39,623 nucleotides of DNA from a virus: positions 1 through 39,623 of the IMG/VR virus record IMGVR_UViG_3300033493_000006; one strand, written 5' to 3'. The position numbers and the translations under genes are program-made. The notes beneath the pieces are model-generated. The model did not search any database, was not told the origin of the DNA, and was given only the letters and a program-made list of their open reading frames with translations. Positions 23,401 to 31,965 of this stretch are shown one piece after another (the first letter of the stretch is position 1; each line of letters opens with the position of its first letter).

Positions 23401-24096
23401 GTTGCCGATGTTGCGCTTCATCGCCATCGGGTCGAGCCCCGCCGCCGATTGCCCGAGCGCCGACGCTGCGGCGGAGCCCTGCTGAGTCGACCGCGCAAGC
23501 TGCCCTTCCCACGCGCCCGAGCCGGTGGCCGCCTGGCCTTGCAGCTGCGCCAGGTAGGCGGCCATCCGCTTCCGGTCCTCGTCCGCCTGGGTCGTCGGGA
23601 GCTCGGCACCGGGTGCTGTGGCAGGAAGGAGATTGTTTGTTGCGCCTGACGGGTCGGCGGAGCCGGTGACGTGGTAGTTCGGCGCCCCGGGCGATGGCTC
23701 GGTCCCATCTGACACGCCGGGAGGATTGCCAGCCCACTTCCCGCTAGCTGCGGACGCGACAGTGCCAAGACCACCAGACGCGACTCCGAGAACGACGTCG
23801 AGCCATCCGGGATCCGTCGGCGTCCCGCTGGCCTGCTTGTTGATTTCGGCGTGCTCCTCCGGCGTGACCGGTGTTCCGTCTGGCCACACCGTCGACCCGG
23901 GCGCTCCGGCCTTGGTCCCAGGCACGCGCCCAGGCATGTCGTTCTTGTTCGGGATCTTTTCCCCGGTCGAGTTGTCGATCCAGAAGCCGTCTCGGAACGT
24001 CGCCTTCGAGCGGTCGACGCCCGAGTCGTTCGGATCGGTGCGATAGACGACGTTGCCGTCTTTGTCCTCCCATGTGCCGTCTGCTCGTCTGGGCAT
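20449..24096 (-). CDS. Giant internal virion / ejection-type protein, 1215 aa
   Basis: Ala/Gln/Gly-rich with long coiled-coil regions and an internal repeat PGFRGV..GE.P..AAARLG x2. Lies just downstream of the nozzle-like gene. No tail tube or sheath genes were seen. Confidence 0.6.
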   Translation of the reverse strand: MPRRADGTWEDKDGNVVYRTDPNDSGVDRSKATFRDGFWIDNSTGEKIPNKNDMPGRVPGTKAGAPGSTVWPDGTPVTPEEHAEINKQASGTPTDPGWLDVVLGVASGGLGTVASAASGKWAGNPPGVSDGTEPSPGAPNYHVTGSADPSGATNNLLPATAPGAELPTTQADEDRKRMAAYLAQLQGQAATGSGAWEGQLARSTQQGSAAASALGQSAAGLDPMAMKRNIGNSTAGVEQRAAGQAETLREQTKQQAQQQLSDINAAQASLDAQQAAEQAAARQGRQEANKAITDEANRINANIYNGYVQAMGTVASMGSGIKAPVAASDGGTVPGKAKVFGDDSANDTVPAMLSPGEIVLPRSVTQSGNPEAAAAAFVQAVKEHHGHHFDGGGKVPDDPWATKPDTSASDALPVLANDPTAAGGTSTGQGYVFGITTPQEAASVRNGGLLDTTAYDASRTANLGSTQAFLDAYAGRGPSVAPQAMQAATDANIAGALSAQTGARGAGRGAAAGLIGGQAAEELSSAGGKAASTAANEAARGGQSYAAAIQRQRQMDLAFALARQQAAWRNSMMNAGIGLQNQAAIRGIIGGAGQAFAAGAGALEKRLKALDAEANANLGTADSSGSDPWETNDPWTQDVSDEGDWGSDSGSDSGGDSPSWASDSDTAYAAHGGEIRARDKAFTRACGFADGGDVPYPGFRGVVEAGETPEQAAARLGYVYSPFGARTPPGFRGVAQPGESPTEAAARLGGGPGPMEDEAAGNALVAQYLGGASSSPPGMVAQMAPGAAMPVPGGSEVVPGTARPAAPMPGVRPIGARSAPLQPDNYALAQQAISELTAANEGIGRAQAEALVGAQKALEQKAIEQKETRARAKISADADMSRILEARQAVASSSSSIDPGRWWASRSTPGKIAAAIGLALGAIGAGNDGVNRAVGIIENAIGRDLEAQKAEHEIRLRKGQMAIDSATSIYTLKRQLAQDDIAASDASAATALEIAKNQVDLATARASSPLAKAQGQMLSAQLGQKRDEHDAATKQRSFDNWVKREDMETRRLAAGLAAGKVDKTMQAKVQAIEAENETIHKAGTNLLKLIKEHGTGDILGPTNAKMRQLVDNMATAAAKLKDPDSAAREGEVTLERRNIFDPGVSIENLRGGAEEKIKAYMANAQTRRNDAYRIRGLPLPGESEGGSTPSSAQTATGKNGEKYRKRPDGKWELVQ

Positions 24097-24099
24097 GGC

Positions 24100-27000
24100 T
24101 TACGGCACCCCTTGGGCCGCTGGAAGCTTGTTGGTGCCGCGACGAGCGCCGATTTGAAGCGCCATCGCCTGGAAACCGGTGAGCCCCGCCGCACCCGCTG
24201 ACACGGGGTTCTCATTCACGGTGATCGCCACGCTCTTGCACTTCTGGCGCCTGAACTTGTGCCGCAGGTCGACCGCTGCAGGGTTGGCGAAAGGGATCGT
24301 CGTGAGCGTGAGCGGCGAGGTGAGGTAGCAGCCAGGCGCCCCGGGAGGATTCTGGGTCTGGTAGAGGTCGTCGAAGTCGACGCGGAACGACAGTTGGGTG
24401 GCCGGAGCAGTCGGCCCCGATGCCGTGAGGTACAGCCAGCGCACGCGCTGGAAGCCCTCGAGGGACGCCAGGTGGAGGAACGACGAGCGCGCCGACATGC
24501 CGATTGCGAAGCCTCCGATGTTGGTGCCCGGCAGGTCGAGGTAGGTGCCCGGAGTGTCTTGGTTGATTCCGTCGTAGTAGCCGATCGACACGTAGCGGCC
24601 GAGCGTGGGCCACCAAACAGCATCGAAGACCTGAAGCATGTCGGCGACAGGTGTTCGAGTCCACGAAGTCACAGTGAAGATGCTCCACGTATCGGCAACG
24701 TACGAGTAGCAGAACTGGATCGCTCCAGACCAGTTCGGGTCATACGTGAGGCGCGAGCTGATCCGAATCTCCTGCCTGTCCTCCATCAGCACCGCGCTCG
24801 TGATGACGTCCGAGTCCCATCGCTTGATTGGTCCGCCGATGTACCTGACCGACAGATCGCGAGAGAGGAGGTACCATCCCTTGGCCGAGCGGAACATCAC
24901 GCCATCGGGGATCTTGAGCACGCTCGATGGATCCGAACACCCGACGTCTGAAGGGATCTCCACCGGGTCCGAATAGCCGTTGTAGCCCCCGCTCGGAGTC
25001 GGCCCCGAGCCGGTGATGCGGAAGAGCTTCCGGTCGGAGAAGATGATCACCATCTCGTCCATCGAGGCGAAGCCGGTGATCGCACCAGCCTCGACCGGCA
25101 GCTGCCCTCCGAGGAGCTCGTTGAACTGGAGCCCGACGCCCGTCACCAGTTGCTGCGAGTAGCGGAACGCACCTTGGCGGTCCGTCAGGTCAAGCCACAG
25201 GCGCTGCTGGTGGACCCCGACCATCGAGCACGGACCCGGGGCGTCGTTCGGAAGCGTGGTGTCAGCCACGAACGGCTGCGAGTAGAGAAGCTCGTTGCTC
25301 GCGGGCGGGCCGACGAGCACCGTCGTCACGGAGTGCGAGAGGGCCTTGTTGTTGAGGATCTCCACCGGAGCCCATGCGCTGCCGAATCGATTGAACGTGG
25401 TGCCGTTCGGCTGCGTCCCATAGAGCACGTGCCGAACGTTGGTGCGTTGCGTGAGCTGAAGCGTCGGGACCCGAAACGTGACCGTGTCATTGAGCGTGAC
25501 GACGAGCTGAACCGGTGGGCTCGGGGCAGACTGGTGCCTCTGACCCTGACCGTCGGTCCACTCGTAGATCGCGACGAATTCGTAGGTGCCTGCCGCCCAA
25601 CTTCCTCCTCCGGGCGAGCGAGTAGCCGTGATGCCTTCGGGGTAGAGATTGAAGTCTGCCTCGCTGATAGCCGCGCCGTCGTACATAGACAGCATCCCGT
25701 TGGCGATCATCGTCGAGCGGCCGATTTGAATCCGCCGCGGTGCCCATACGTCGGCAGCCGCGGCGCCCATGGGGACGTTCGGGGTCACCAGGAGCACCGA
25801 CACGTTGCTTTCCGTGACATTTGCCCCAGCAAGTAGCGTCACGTGCCCCAGCTCGAGGGCCGGGAGGAGGAATGTCCCGATCCCTGACCTGGCCACCGTG
25901 GGTGTCGAAGTCCTGAGAGGCGTAGACGGCACGGTGGCCGCGCCATAGTCGTAGGCCAGCGCGCTTCCGTAGAGCGCCTTGCCTAGGACCTCTCCGGTCG
26001 ACCCATCCAGCAAGAACACGCCCGACTGCTGCGCGGTGGTGTAGCGCGCATCCATTCGCACAGGCAGAACGACCGCCTCAGGATTGCTGAAGGCCCCCGC
26101 GGTCGGAGTCCCGGTGATCATCGGAGCCCCAGCAATGAACGGGCCCGTGAGAGCGTTGACGCCCAGGTTCGAGTTGATGAGGGTCCATGACCTCACCACC
26201 GTCAGAGGCAAGCCGGGGCCATTCATGAACACCGAGTACGCCCGAATCGGCACCGACGCGGCGTTTGGGACCGCTACGTCGGCGAACGCGTCGACGTAGA
26301 TCTGACACTCGGACAGGCTGTGGATCAGGTGCCGGATGCCGGTGACATGCGTTGGATGCAGGGTGGTGAAGATCGCTGTCACCCAGTCGATCGATGTGGC
26401 TGCCGACGCGGCCCAAGCGTCGTTGATCGCAGCCCCGGCGACTCCGCTCAGCACGGCGCCGCTTATGGGGCTCGCGATCGCCGTCACTGCGTACGCCGCG
26501 ACCCCGGACGTGCCGCCCGAAACCGAGAGGCCAAGCCCGCAGATGGTCGCGTTTGGGGCCTGCACCTCAGTGATCAGGTTGGTCGTCGTCATCACGGCCG
26601 GAACGAGCGTGACTTCGTTGAAGGTGACCTGACTGCACCGCACCGACGTCACGCCGTCTGCGTACACGTACGAGAGCGCCGCTGTCTCGACGAAGTTCGT
26701 CACGCCGTCGAAGCCGAACGCCACAGCGTCGAAGCTCGCGATCGTCGGTGCTGCGATCACGATGCCGAGCGCGGCTGGGGCCCCAACTCCCGTGCCCGGG
26801 GTGTAGACCTGGGCGTATGGGAGCACCGGCCCAGCGCCCTGAAACCAAAAGAACATGAACGAGCCCGAGAGGGCCACCACCTTGGGCGCGTAGCCGGTCG
26901 CCGAGAGAAGGGTGCGGGGCACAACGAGAGCTCGAGTCGACGAGTCGACCGCGCACCAGTAGACGCCGAGGTTCGCGGAGGTCGCGATCGAATACTCGCG

Positions 27001-27393
27001 CCAGACGTAGACCTCGAGCCCGACGCCATAGGCGCAGTCCACCGAGTCATGCGTGTTGCCCGACTGAGCCACGTTCCTTTTCTCGATGTGCATGCAGGGC
27101 ATTTGCCCCGGCACCAACGCGGCCCCGACCGACGGGTTGATGGTGGTTCGGTAGATGTTTGTGCCGTTGATGGCGAGAAGCTCGTCGTCGAACGTCGCCA
27201 GCCCATGGCCGTTGAGGTCTGACACCAGTGCGCGAACGCCGTCACGCTTCGAGATCGACCCGTCCCTCGAGTTGACGCAGTTCGTCAACAGATCCCACTT
27301 GCCCGGCACCCTCAGTTTCGGGTTCGTGCGCGTGTCGAGGCCACCGGTGAAGTCCACCGAGACCATCTGGAAGTCTAGTCCTTCGGCGCCCAA
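24100..27393 (-). CDS. Tail nozzle / tail tubular protein B-like protein, 1097 aa
   Basis: N-terminal FTGGLDTRTNPKLRVPGKWDLLTNCVNSRDGSISKRDG parallels T7 gp12 KGGISQQPDILRYPDQGSRQVNGWSSETEGLQKRPP. TTG start at 27393 with GGAG 7 nt upstream. An alternative ATG lies at 27366. Confidence 0.55.
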   Translation of the reverse strand: MGAEGLDFQMVSVDFTGGLDTRTNPKLRVPGKWDLLTNCVNSRDGSISKRDGVRALVSDLNGHGLATFDDELLAINGTNIYRTTINPSVGAALVPGQMPCMHIEKRNVAQSGNTHDSVDCAYGVGLEVYVWREYSIATSANLGVYWCAVDSSTRALVVPRTLLSATGYAPKVVALSGSFMFFWFQGAGPVLPYAQVYTPGTGVGAPAALGIVIAAPTIASFDAVAFGFDGVTNFVETAALSYVYADGVTSVRCSQVTFNEVTLVPAVMTTTNLITEVQAPNATICGLGLSVSGGTSGVAAYAVTAIASPISGAVLSGVAGAAINDAWAASAATSIDWVTAIFTTLHPTHVTGIRHLIHSLSECQIYVDAFADVAVPNAASVPIRAYSVFMNGPGLPLTVVRSWTLINSNLGVNALTGPFIAGAPMITGTPTAGAFSNPEAVVLPVRMDARYTTAQQSGVFLLDGSTGEVLGKALYGSALAYDYGAATVPSTPLRTSTPTVARSGIGTFLLPALELGHVTLLAGANVTESNVSVLLVTPNVPMGAAAADVWAPRRIQIGRSTMIANGMLSMYDGAAISEADFNLYPEGITATRSPGGGSWAAGTYEFVAIYEWTDGQGQRHQSAPSPPVQLVVTLNDTVTFRVPTLQLTQRTNVRHVLYGTQPNGTTFNRFGSAWAPVEILNNKALSHSVTTVLVGPPASNELLYSQPFVADTTLPNDAPGPCSMVGVHQQRLWLDLTDRQGAFRYSQQLVTGVGLQFNELLGGQLPVEAGAITGFASMDEMVIIFSDRKLFRITGSGPTPSGGYNGYSDPVEIPSDVGCSDPSSVLKIPDGVMFRSAKGWYLLSRDLSVRYIGGPIKRWDSDVITSAVLMEDRQEIRISSRLTYDPNWSGAIQFCYSYVADTWSIFTVTSWTRTPVADMLQVFDAVWWPTLGRYVSIGYYDGINQDTPGTYLDLPGTNIGGFAIGMSARSSFLHLASLEGFQRVRWLYLTASGPTAPATQLSFRVDFDDLYQTQNPPGAPGCYLTSPLTLTTIPFANPAAVDLRHKFRRQKCKSVAITVNENPVSAGAAGLTGFQAMALQIGARRGTNKLPAAQGVP

Positions 27394-27394
27394 T

Positions 27395-27847
27395 TCATTG
27401 CTCCGCGAGGTAGGAGAAGGAAATTACCAAGCTTTGACCTGGCGCTAATGCGTAAACAACATACATGCGGCCACTTGCTGGAAGGCCAACGACGTTGAAT
27501 CCTATTGAGCTGTTGACCACAAACCCATACTCCAGGTCGGGCCTATATCCCGGTGGCATGGTCGTCACGACCGTCCCGGCCGGAGCTCCACCTGCAGCGG
27601 TAACGTAACCGTGCACGTGCACGTAGCCAAGCACGTCTCTATGGTATCGCATTGGAGATTGGCCGCCGCCAGCATCGAAGAAGCCTGATTCAAGAGGCGG
27701 GCGAATCCATGCAGGCGGAGGCGATCCCATGATGGGTGTTGCCATCACCGCCTTGGCCACCGGCTCCACGAGGCGAGAGATCGCGTCCGTCTGGCGGTTG
27801 GCGCCCGGGTCTTTGCCTCGAAGGTTGGTGAGCGCATTCGACGCCAT
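27395..27847 (-). CDS. Tail fibre tip / receptor-binding-domain-like protein, about 150 aa
   Basis: W.RP.LESGF.......MRYHRDVLGYVHVHGYV...G....VVTTMPPGYRPD matches the common fibre C-terminal knob motif (W..l.L.nGW....y.kd..G.V.l.G.v......i..LP.GyRP). ATG at 27847, or GTG at 27850. Confidence 0.6.
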   Translation of the reverse strand: MASNALTNLRGKDPGANRQTDAISRLVEPVAKAVMATPIMGSPPPAWIRPPLESGFFDAGGGQSPMRYHRDVLGYVHVHGYVTAAGGAPAGTVVTTMPPGYRPDLEYGFVVNSSIGFNVVGLPASGRMYVVYALAPGQSLVISFSYLAEQ

Positions 27848-29088
27848 CACCAGTACCCTCCATCACCGTAGTCGTTGCCTGCGCCGTCTGGGCCCCATGC
27901 GGGCATGCCGTTTCCTCGGAGCCACAGCTGATTCCCGTTGAGTCTGTAGCGCATCGAGCGCCCGCGGCGCCTCTGGACATCGGCGACGCACGCGGGGGAG
28001 CCAGCATCGCGGTTGGTGATCTCGCCCTGAAGGCGCTCGAGGAGGTCTCTCTTGCGCTTGTCGAGAAGCGTGACGTCTGCCTCCTCCTTGCCGAGGGCTT
28101 TGATGCACACGTCAACGACGATGTATTCCTCCCACCCGTTCACTCCGTCGATGACATCGGCGTCCGCGTAGGGCAGCGTCGCGCGCGGAACATAGAGCAG
28201 GCGAATCGTCTGGCCTGCCATCGGAATCATCGAACCCAGGAAACCGAACGTGTTTCGCTCGGCCATCTGGAACGGCTTGAGTGCGACCCAGTAGTTCGGG
28301 GCTGTGACTTGGATGTCGACCGCGAGCAGCTTGAAGAGGTCGTTGGGCAGCGCGAACATCTCATTGACGCCGTCGGTCGTGATCGTGAAGCCCGATGCGG
28401 GCGACTGGGTGAAGTAGTCGTTGCCGAAGGCCGAAACGATGAGCCCATAGAGCTCCTGATACGAGGCGCGGATCATCGTGTCCCACTCAGAGTCCGTGAT
28501 GAACGACTGGCCCGCGTTGTCCGACTCCTGCTTGCAGCGTGTGCGGAGCTCGAGGAGCGTGACGCCGATGAATGCCGGCGGCGGGCCGGTGAAGTCGTTG
28601 ACGGACCCATACCACCGCGCGGGAATGCCCGGGGCGACGGTGGCCCCTTCGTATTGGACATCGAGCGCGCGGTCGGCGGCAGTGGGGCTGAAGGCGTAGA
28701 GCCCGCCGCCGAGGTCGAGCACCGCAGGCACTGGCACGACAGGGGCACCGACTGCGCTGCGGTATGAGGCGATTGCCGCGGTGAGGCCGGCCGTGGGCAC
28801 CCCACCAGCGTTGTACAAGCCGAGGAACTGATCGTACCCGACGCCGCCGCTCGCGTACGGTGGCACCACCGCGGCCGGGAGCGCCGGGTTGAGCGTGATG
28901 ACCCAGCCAGTGCCCGCCGTGACGTCGGCAGAGGTAGGCGTGAAGTCGTAGAGGCCTCCGCCGAGGTCGCGGATCAGTGGCGGGGTGCGAGGGCCGGAGA
29001 TCGAGCGGTAGACCGAGAAGACCGGCAGTAGCCCCGGGCGAGGGTTGCCGGTTGCCGCGTCGTAGGCCGCGAAGACGGTGGCGCTCAT
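27847..29088 (-). CDS. Virion protein, 413 aa: two N-terminal about 90-aa repeats plus an adaptor-like C-terminal domain
   Basis: Repeat signature DLGGGLYDFTPTSAD / DLGGGLYAFSPTAAD. The C-terminal LLELRTRCKQESDN..FITDSEWDTMIRASYQELY...ALPNDLFKL resembles head-tail adaptor families. ATGA overlap at 29085-29088. Confidence 0.5.
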   Translation of the reverse strand: MSATVFAAYDAATGNPRPGLLPVFSVYRSISGPRTPPLIRDLGGGLYDFTPTSADVTAGTGWVITLNPALPAAVVPPYASGGVGYDQFLGLYNAGGVPTAGLTAAIASYRSAVGAPVVPVPAVLDLGGGLYAFSPTAADRALDVQYEGATVAPGIPARWYGSVNDFTGPPPAFIGVTLLELRTRCKQESDNAGQSFITDSEWDTMIRASYQELYGLIVSAFGNDYFTQSPASGFTITTDGVNEMFALPNDLFKLLAVDIQVTAPNYWVALKPFQMAERNTFGFLGSMIPMAGQTIRLLYVPRATLPYADADVIDGVNGWEEYIVVDVCIKALGKEEADVTLLDKRKRDLLERLQGEITNRDAGSPACVADVQRRRGRSMRYRLNGNQLWLRGNGMPAWGPDGAGNDYGDGGYW

Positions 29089-29681
29089 ACGATGTTCCTC
29101 GAGACTTCAACCCACATGCCGACACCGACGCAGTAGGCGAGCGTGATTGAGTCGTAGAGCTTCAGGATTGCCGTTCCGCCCCCATGAAGTATGCACAGCG
29201 GGCCGCTAAGCATCGTCACCGTGAACCCCGATCCTGGCGTTTCCTGCATGATGGCGATCGTGACGATTCCGTTCGAACCAGGAGTTGAGAACGTGACCGG
29301 TCCCATCGCACCGCCACTCAAAATCAGGTTGCCAGTGAGCGCGACGGTGGACAGCGGGAGGAAGCTCACGACGCCGCCCTGAGTGTCGAGCTCCACGGTG
29401 GTGTCGGTGACCCCGATGACGGCAGGGAAGTAGCTGCGCACCGGATAGAAATTCGGGTCGAAGGCGGCGTCTTCGCTGGCCATCAGCACGCCGAAGCTGG
29501 CGGATAGCTGCGCCTCATTCGTGCCAGCCGTGCCAGCCGGAATACTGTGCTTGACGCGGACGATTGGGGTGGCGATCTGATCCGCCGACTTCTCCCCGGT
29601 GCCGAGCGTCTGGGGGCCAGTGGAGACCGCTCCGCGCGTGGTGCTCGACGCGTCTGGGAGCGGGGAAGGCTGAGTAGCCAA
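29085..29681 (-). CDS. Fibre-like structural protein, 198 aa
   Basis: TTG start at 29681 with a GAGGTG SD. The N-terminal TTRGAVSTGPQTLGTGEKSADQIATP resembles fibre N-terminal motifs. Confidence 0.5.
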   Translation of the reverse strand: MATQPSPLPDASSTTRGAVSTGPQTLGTGEKSADQIATPIVRVKHSIPAGTAGTNEAQLSASFGVLMASEDAAFDPNFYPVRSYFPAVIGVTDTTVELDTQGGVVSFLPLSTVALTGNLILSGGAMGPVTFSTPGSNGIVTIAIMQETPGSGFTVTMLSGPLCILHGGGTAILKLYDSITLAYCVGVGMWVEVSRNIV

Positions 29682-29786
29682 GGTGTCACCTCTGAGGATG
29701 GGACCCTACGGCTGCTGCGAGTACTGCGGCACCGAGCGACTACGGGAGGGAGAGCCGCCCGGTGCCATTCTGCCCCGCGGGAGAGG

Positions 29787-30416
29787 TTACGAGGCGTCCT
29801 CTTCCCATTCGACGGCGTAACACAACACAGTGGCCGCCGACAAGTTCGCCGGAGTCACGTTCTGGACCTCGAGGAACTGCGCCGCGCCCCTGAGGACGAT
29901 CGCCTGCCCAATCGTCGTGCCGATCTCTGGGAAGAGAACGTTGTGTGGGGGCGTGTTGACGGTTGGCGTTGTCACGACGCCGGTCTGCACGTTTGCCATC
30001 GCGATGGGGCCGCCGATGGCTGCGCCGGTCGCCTCGGCAGCCGTGGTGTAGTGCCTCACGACCGCGGTGGCCGCTGGGCTCGCAGAATCGAGCGGGGTGG
30101 CGACCGGCGTAACGGCGGTTCCACCACCTCCAGCGGTCGAGGTCTTCAGGAGCTGGTAGATGCTCTGGGCGTTCGCGGTCGAGACGCCTCCGACAGCGAT
30201 CCGCTTGATGCGCACCGTCCTGGTCGCGCTGCCCTGAATCCGAATCAGGCACACGGCGGCCGTGGCGAACGGGGTGAAGTTGGCCGCGACTCGGTAGGTG
30301 GCCTTGCCCGAGTCGAGCGAGATGACGCTCGCGTGGAAGCCTGAGGGGTCCTGGGTTGCGGCGATCGACTGAGCTACGTTGTTTCCGTCTCGAACGACAA
30401 GAGGGGTCCAAGCCAT
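29787..30416 (-). CDS. Hypothetical structural protein, 209 aa
   Basis: Strong AAGGAGA SD before the ATG at 30416. Beta-rich. Lies in the structural block. Confidence 0.65.
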   Translation of the reverse strand: MAWTPLVVRDGNNVAQSIAATQDPSGFHASVISLDSGKATYRVAANFTPFATAAVCLIRIQGSATRTVRIKRIAVGGVSTANAQSIYQLLKTSTAGGGGTAVTPVATPLDSASPAATAVVRHYTTAAEATGAAIGGPIAMANVQTGVVTTPTVNTPPHNVLFPEIGTTIGQAIVLRGAAQFLEVQNVTPANLSAATVLCYAVEWEEDAS

Positions 30417-30428
30417 TTGAGTGTCTCC

Positions 30429-30926
30429 TTACAGCGTCACGAGATTGATGAGGTTGAAGCCCGAGCTCAACTGCAACGCACCGCCCTGGGCCACGGGGAA
30501 CGGAGCGACGGTGCTGAGCACCGGAAACGGCTGGGCGACGGTCGAGACGACGCCGTCTGAAGACTGGCACTGGGCACGAAGCGTGACGGTGGTGTCTCGA
30601 GGCGGGCCGAAGACGCCTTGCGCACCGCCCGGCGCCTGAGGGCTGGGGCCCGAGTAGCCCGGCACGGTGAAGGCGACCTCGAAGGGGTACGTCTCCGACA
30701 AGCCTGGGCCGATGACGGGGTTGCCCAGACCCGCGGGCAGGTTCGGCCGCAGGTAGCTGGGCTGGTCGACGCGGGAGCCGGACTTCGACTCCTCGTAGAC
30801 CGAGAGCGAGGTGACGGTGAGCGCCGCGGCGCCCGGGTTCGTCACCGTGAGAAGCACCGTGTTCGGCCGCCCGTTGGCGGAGTCGGACCAGGCGAAACCT
30901 CGGGACATCGCAAGAACGAAGGGCAT
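30429..30926 (-). CDS. Beta-sandwich (CARDB/Ig-like?) structural protein, 165 aa; paralog B
   Basis: VLLTVTNPGAAALTV and the C-terminal GGALQLSSGFNLINLVTL are paralogous to the upstream gene. TGATG overlap at 30926. Confidence 0.65.
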   Translation of the reverse strand: MPFVLAMSRGFAWSDSANGRPNTVLLTVTNPGAAALTVTSLSVYEESKSGSRVDQPSYLRPNLPAGLGNPVIGPGLSETYPFEVAFTVPGYSGPSPQAPGGAQGVFGPPRDTTVTLRAQCQSSDGVVSTVAQPFPVLSTVAPFPVAQGGALQLSSGFNLINLVTL

Positions 30927-31453
30927 CAGAGCACCCCTGTCAGGAAGGTGACGAGGTTGTTGGGGGCCGACAGGCTAAGGAACCCACCCTGGTAGCCCAG
31001 CGGAGGCGGAGACACGACGTCGACGAAGATCGGGGCGGTGCCCGCGGCATTGATGGAGTGGTCAGACCCGTAGAGCGTGGCCCCAACGAGCACCGTGAAC
31101 TGGGGATACTTGTTCGACGTCGCCTCACCTCGAGTCTCGCTGGGCTGAGGCATGACGGGGGCGTTCGGGCTCTGGTACGAGTTGGCCCCGGCGTTCGAGT
31201 GCACGGCGAGCGTCACCGGCCCGATCAATACCGTGGCTCCAGCGGCAACCGCGGTGGGCATGCCCGGACCCAGGGGCAGCGCCGGCTTGGCGCACGATAC
31301 GGTGGTCCCGTCGCCGAGCTGGGTCACCTCGAGCTCTCCCCCGGTGATCGCGATGGGCACGGCCCCCGGGTTCGTCGCGGTGATGTAGACCGCGACCGGC
31401 TGGTCGCCCGCCTTTGCCGAGGGGTAGACGTACACCTGGCAGTTGAGCGGCAT
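30926..31453 (-). CDS. Beta-sandwich (CARDB/Ig-like?) structural protein, 175 aa; paralog A
   Basis: Internal ATG at 31453. VYITATNPGAVPIAI and the C-terminal GGFLSLSAPNNLVTFLTGVL. Confidence 0.65.
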   Translation of the reverse strand: MPLNCQVYVYPSAKAGDQPVAVYITATNPGAVPIAITGGELEVTQLGDGTTVSCAKPALPLGPGMPTAVAAGATVLIGPVTLAVHSNAGANSYQSPNAPVMPQPSETRGEATSNKYPQFTVLVGATLYGSDHSINAAGTAPIFVDVVSPPPLGYQGGFLSLSAPNNLVTFLTGVL

Positions 31454-31455
31454 GG

Positions 31456-31953
31456 TCAGGGCTCCGTGGCGTCGGCGAGGAAGATGCGGAGGTTCGCGAT
31501 CGTCCCGGCCGCGAGGTCGGCGGCAACGCCGCCGATGATCGTCGTGAGCCCGATGATCGTCCCGCCCGCCGCAGCGAAGTTGGTCGTGGTGCTGTTGATC
31601 GCCAGTTGCCCGGCCGTGACGCCGCCTGCGATCTCGAGTGTGAAGCCCACGCCGAAGTGGCGCTGGTAGTTGTCCTGAAGCTGGAGCAGCCACTGCCCGG
31701 CGCCAGTGCGCGTGACGCTGCGAACCCCCTCTGCACCGCACCCATACTGGAGCGGGTAGGGTGCCCCGGCAGGCAGGGCGTTCGCCAGCGGGGCTGCGGT
31801 GTACGTGCGAGCGTTGGGCCCGGCGCCGAACGTGGGGTAGTTCCATTTCAGGAGCGTCACGGCCCCTGCGGCCCCGACCGAAACGGCAGCGTAGAGATCC
31901 ACGCGCCGTTTCACGAGCCGGTATGACTTGTCGATGAAGCTTCGGTCAGCCAT
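31456..31953 (-). CDS. Hypothetical head-associated protein, 165 aa
   Basis: GAGG SD before the ATG at 31953. Immediately downstream of the major capsid gene. Confidence 0.65.
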   Translation of the reverse strand: MADRSFIDKSYRLVKRRVDLYAAVSVGAAGAVTLLKWNYPTFGAGPNARTYTAAPLANALPAGAPYPLQYGCGAEGVRSVTRTGAGQWLLQLQDNYQRHFGVGFTLEIAGGVTAGQLAINSTTTNFAAAGGTIIGLTTIIGGVAADLAAGTIANLRIFLADATEP

Positions 31954-31965
31954 CGCGTGCCTCGA

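Noticed and set aside
20449-24096. Interpreting the 1215-aa Ala/Gly/Gln-rich protein as a siphovirus tape measure.
   Set aside because: No major tail, tail chaperone or frameshift, or Dit/Tal genes are present. The gene lies downstream of a T7-gp12-like nozzle candidate and next to another giant protein, which fits podovirus internal/ejection proteins better. This remains uncertain without a search.
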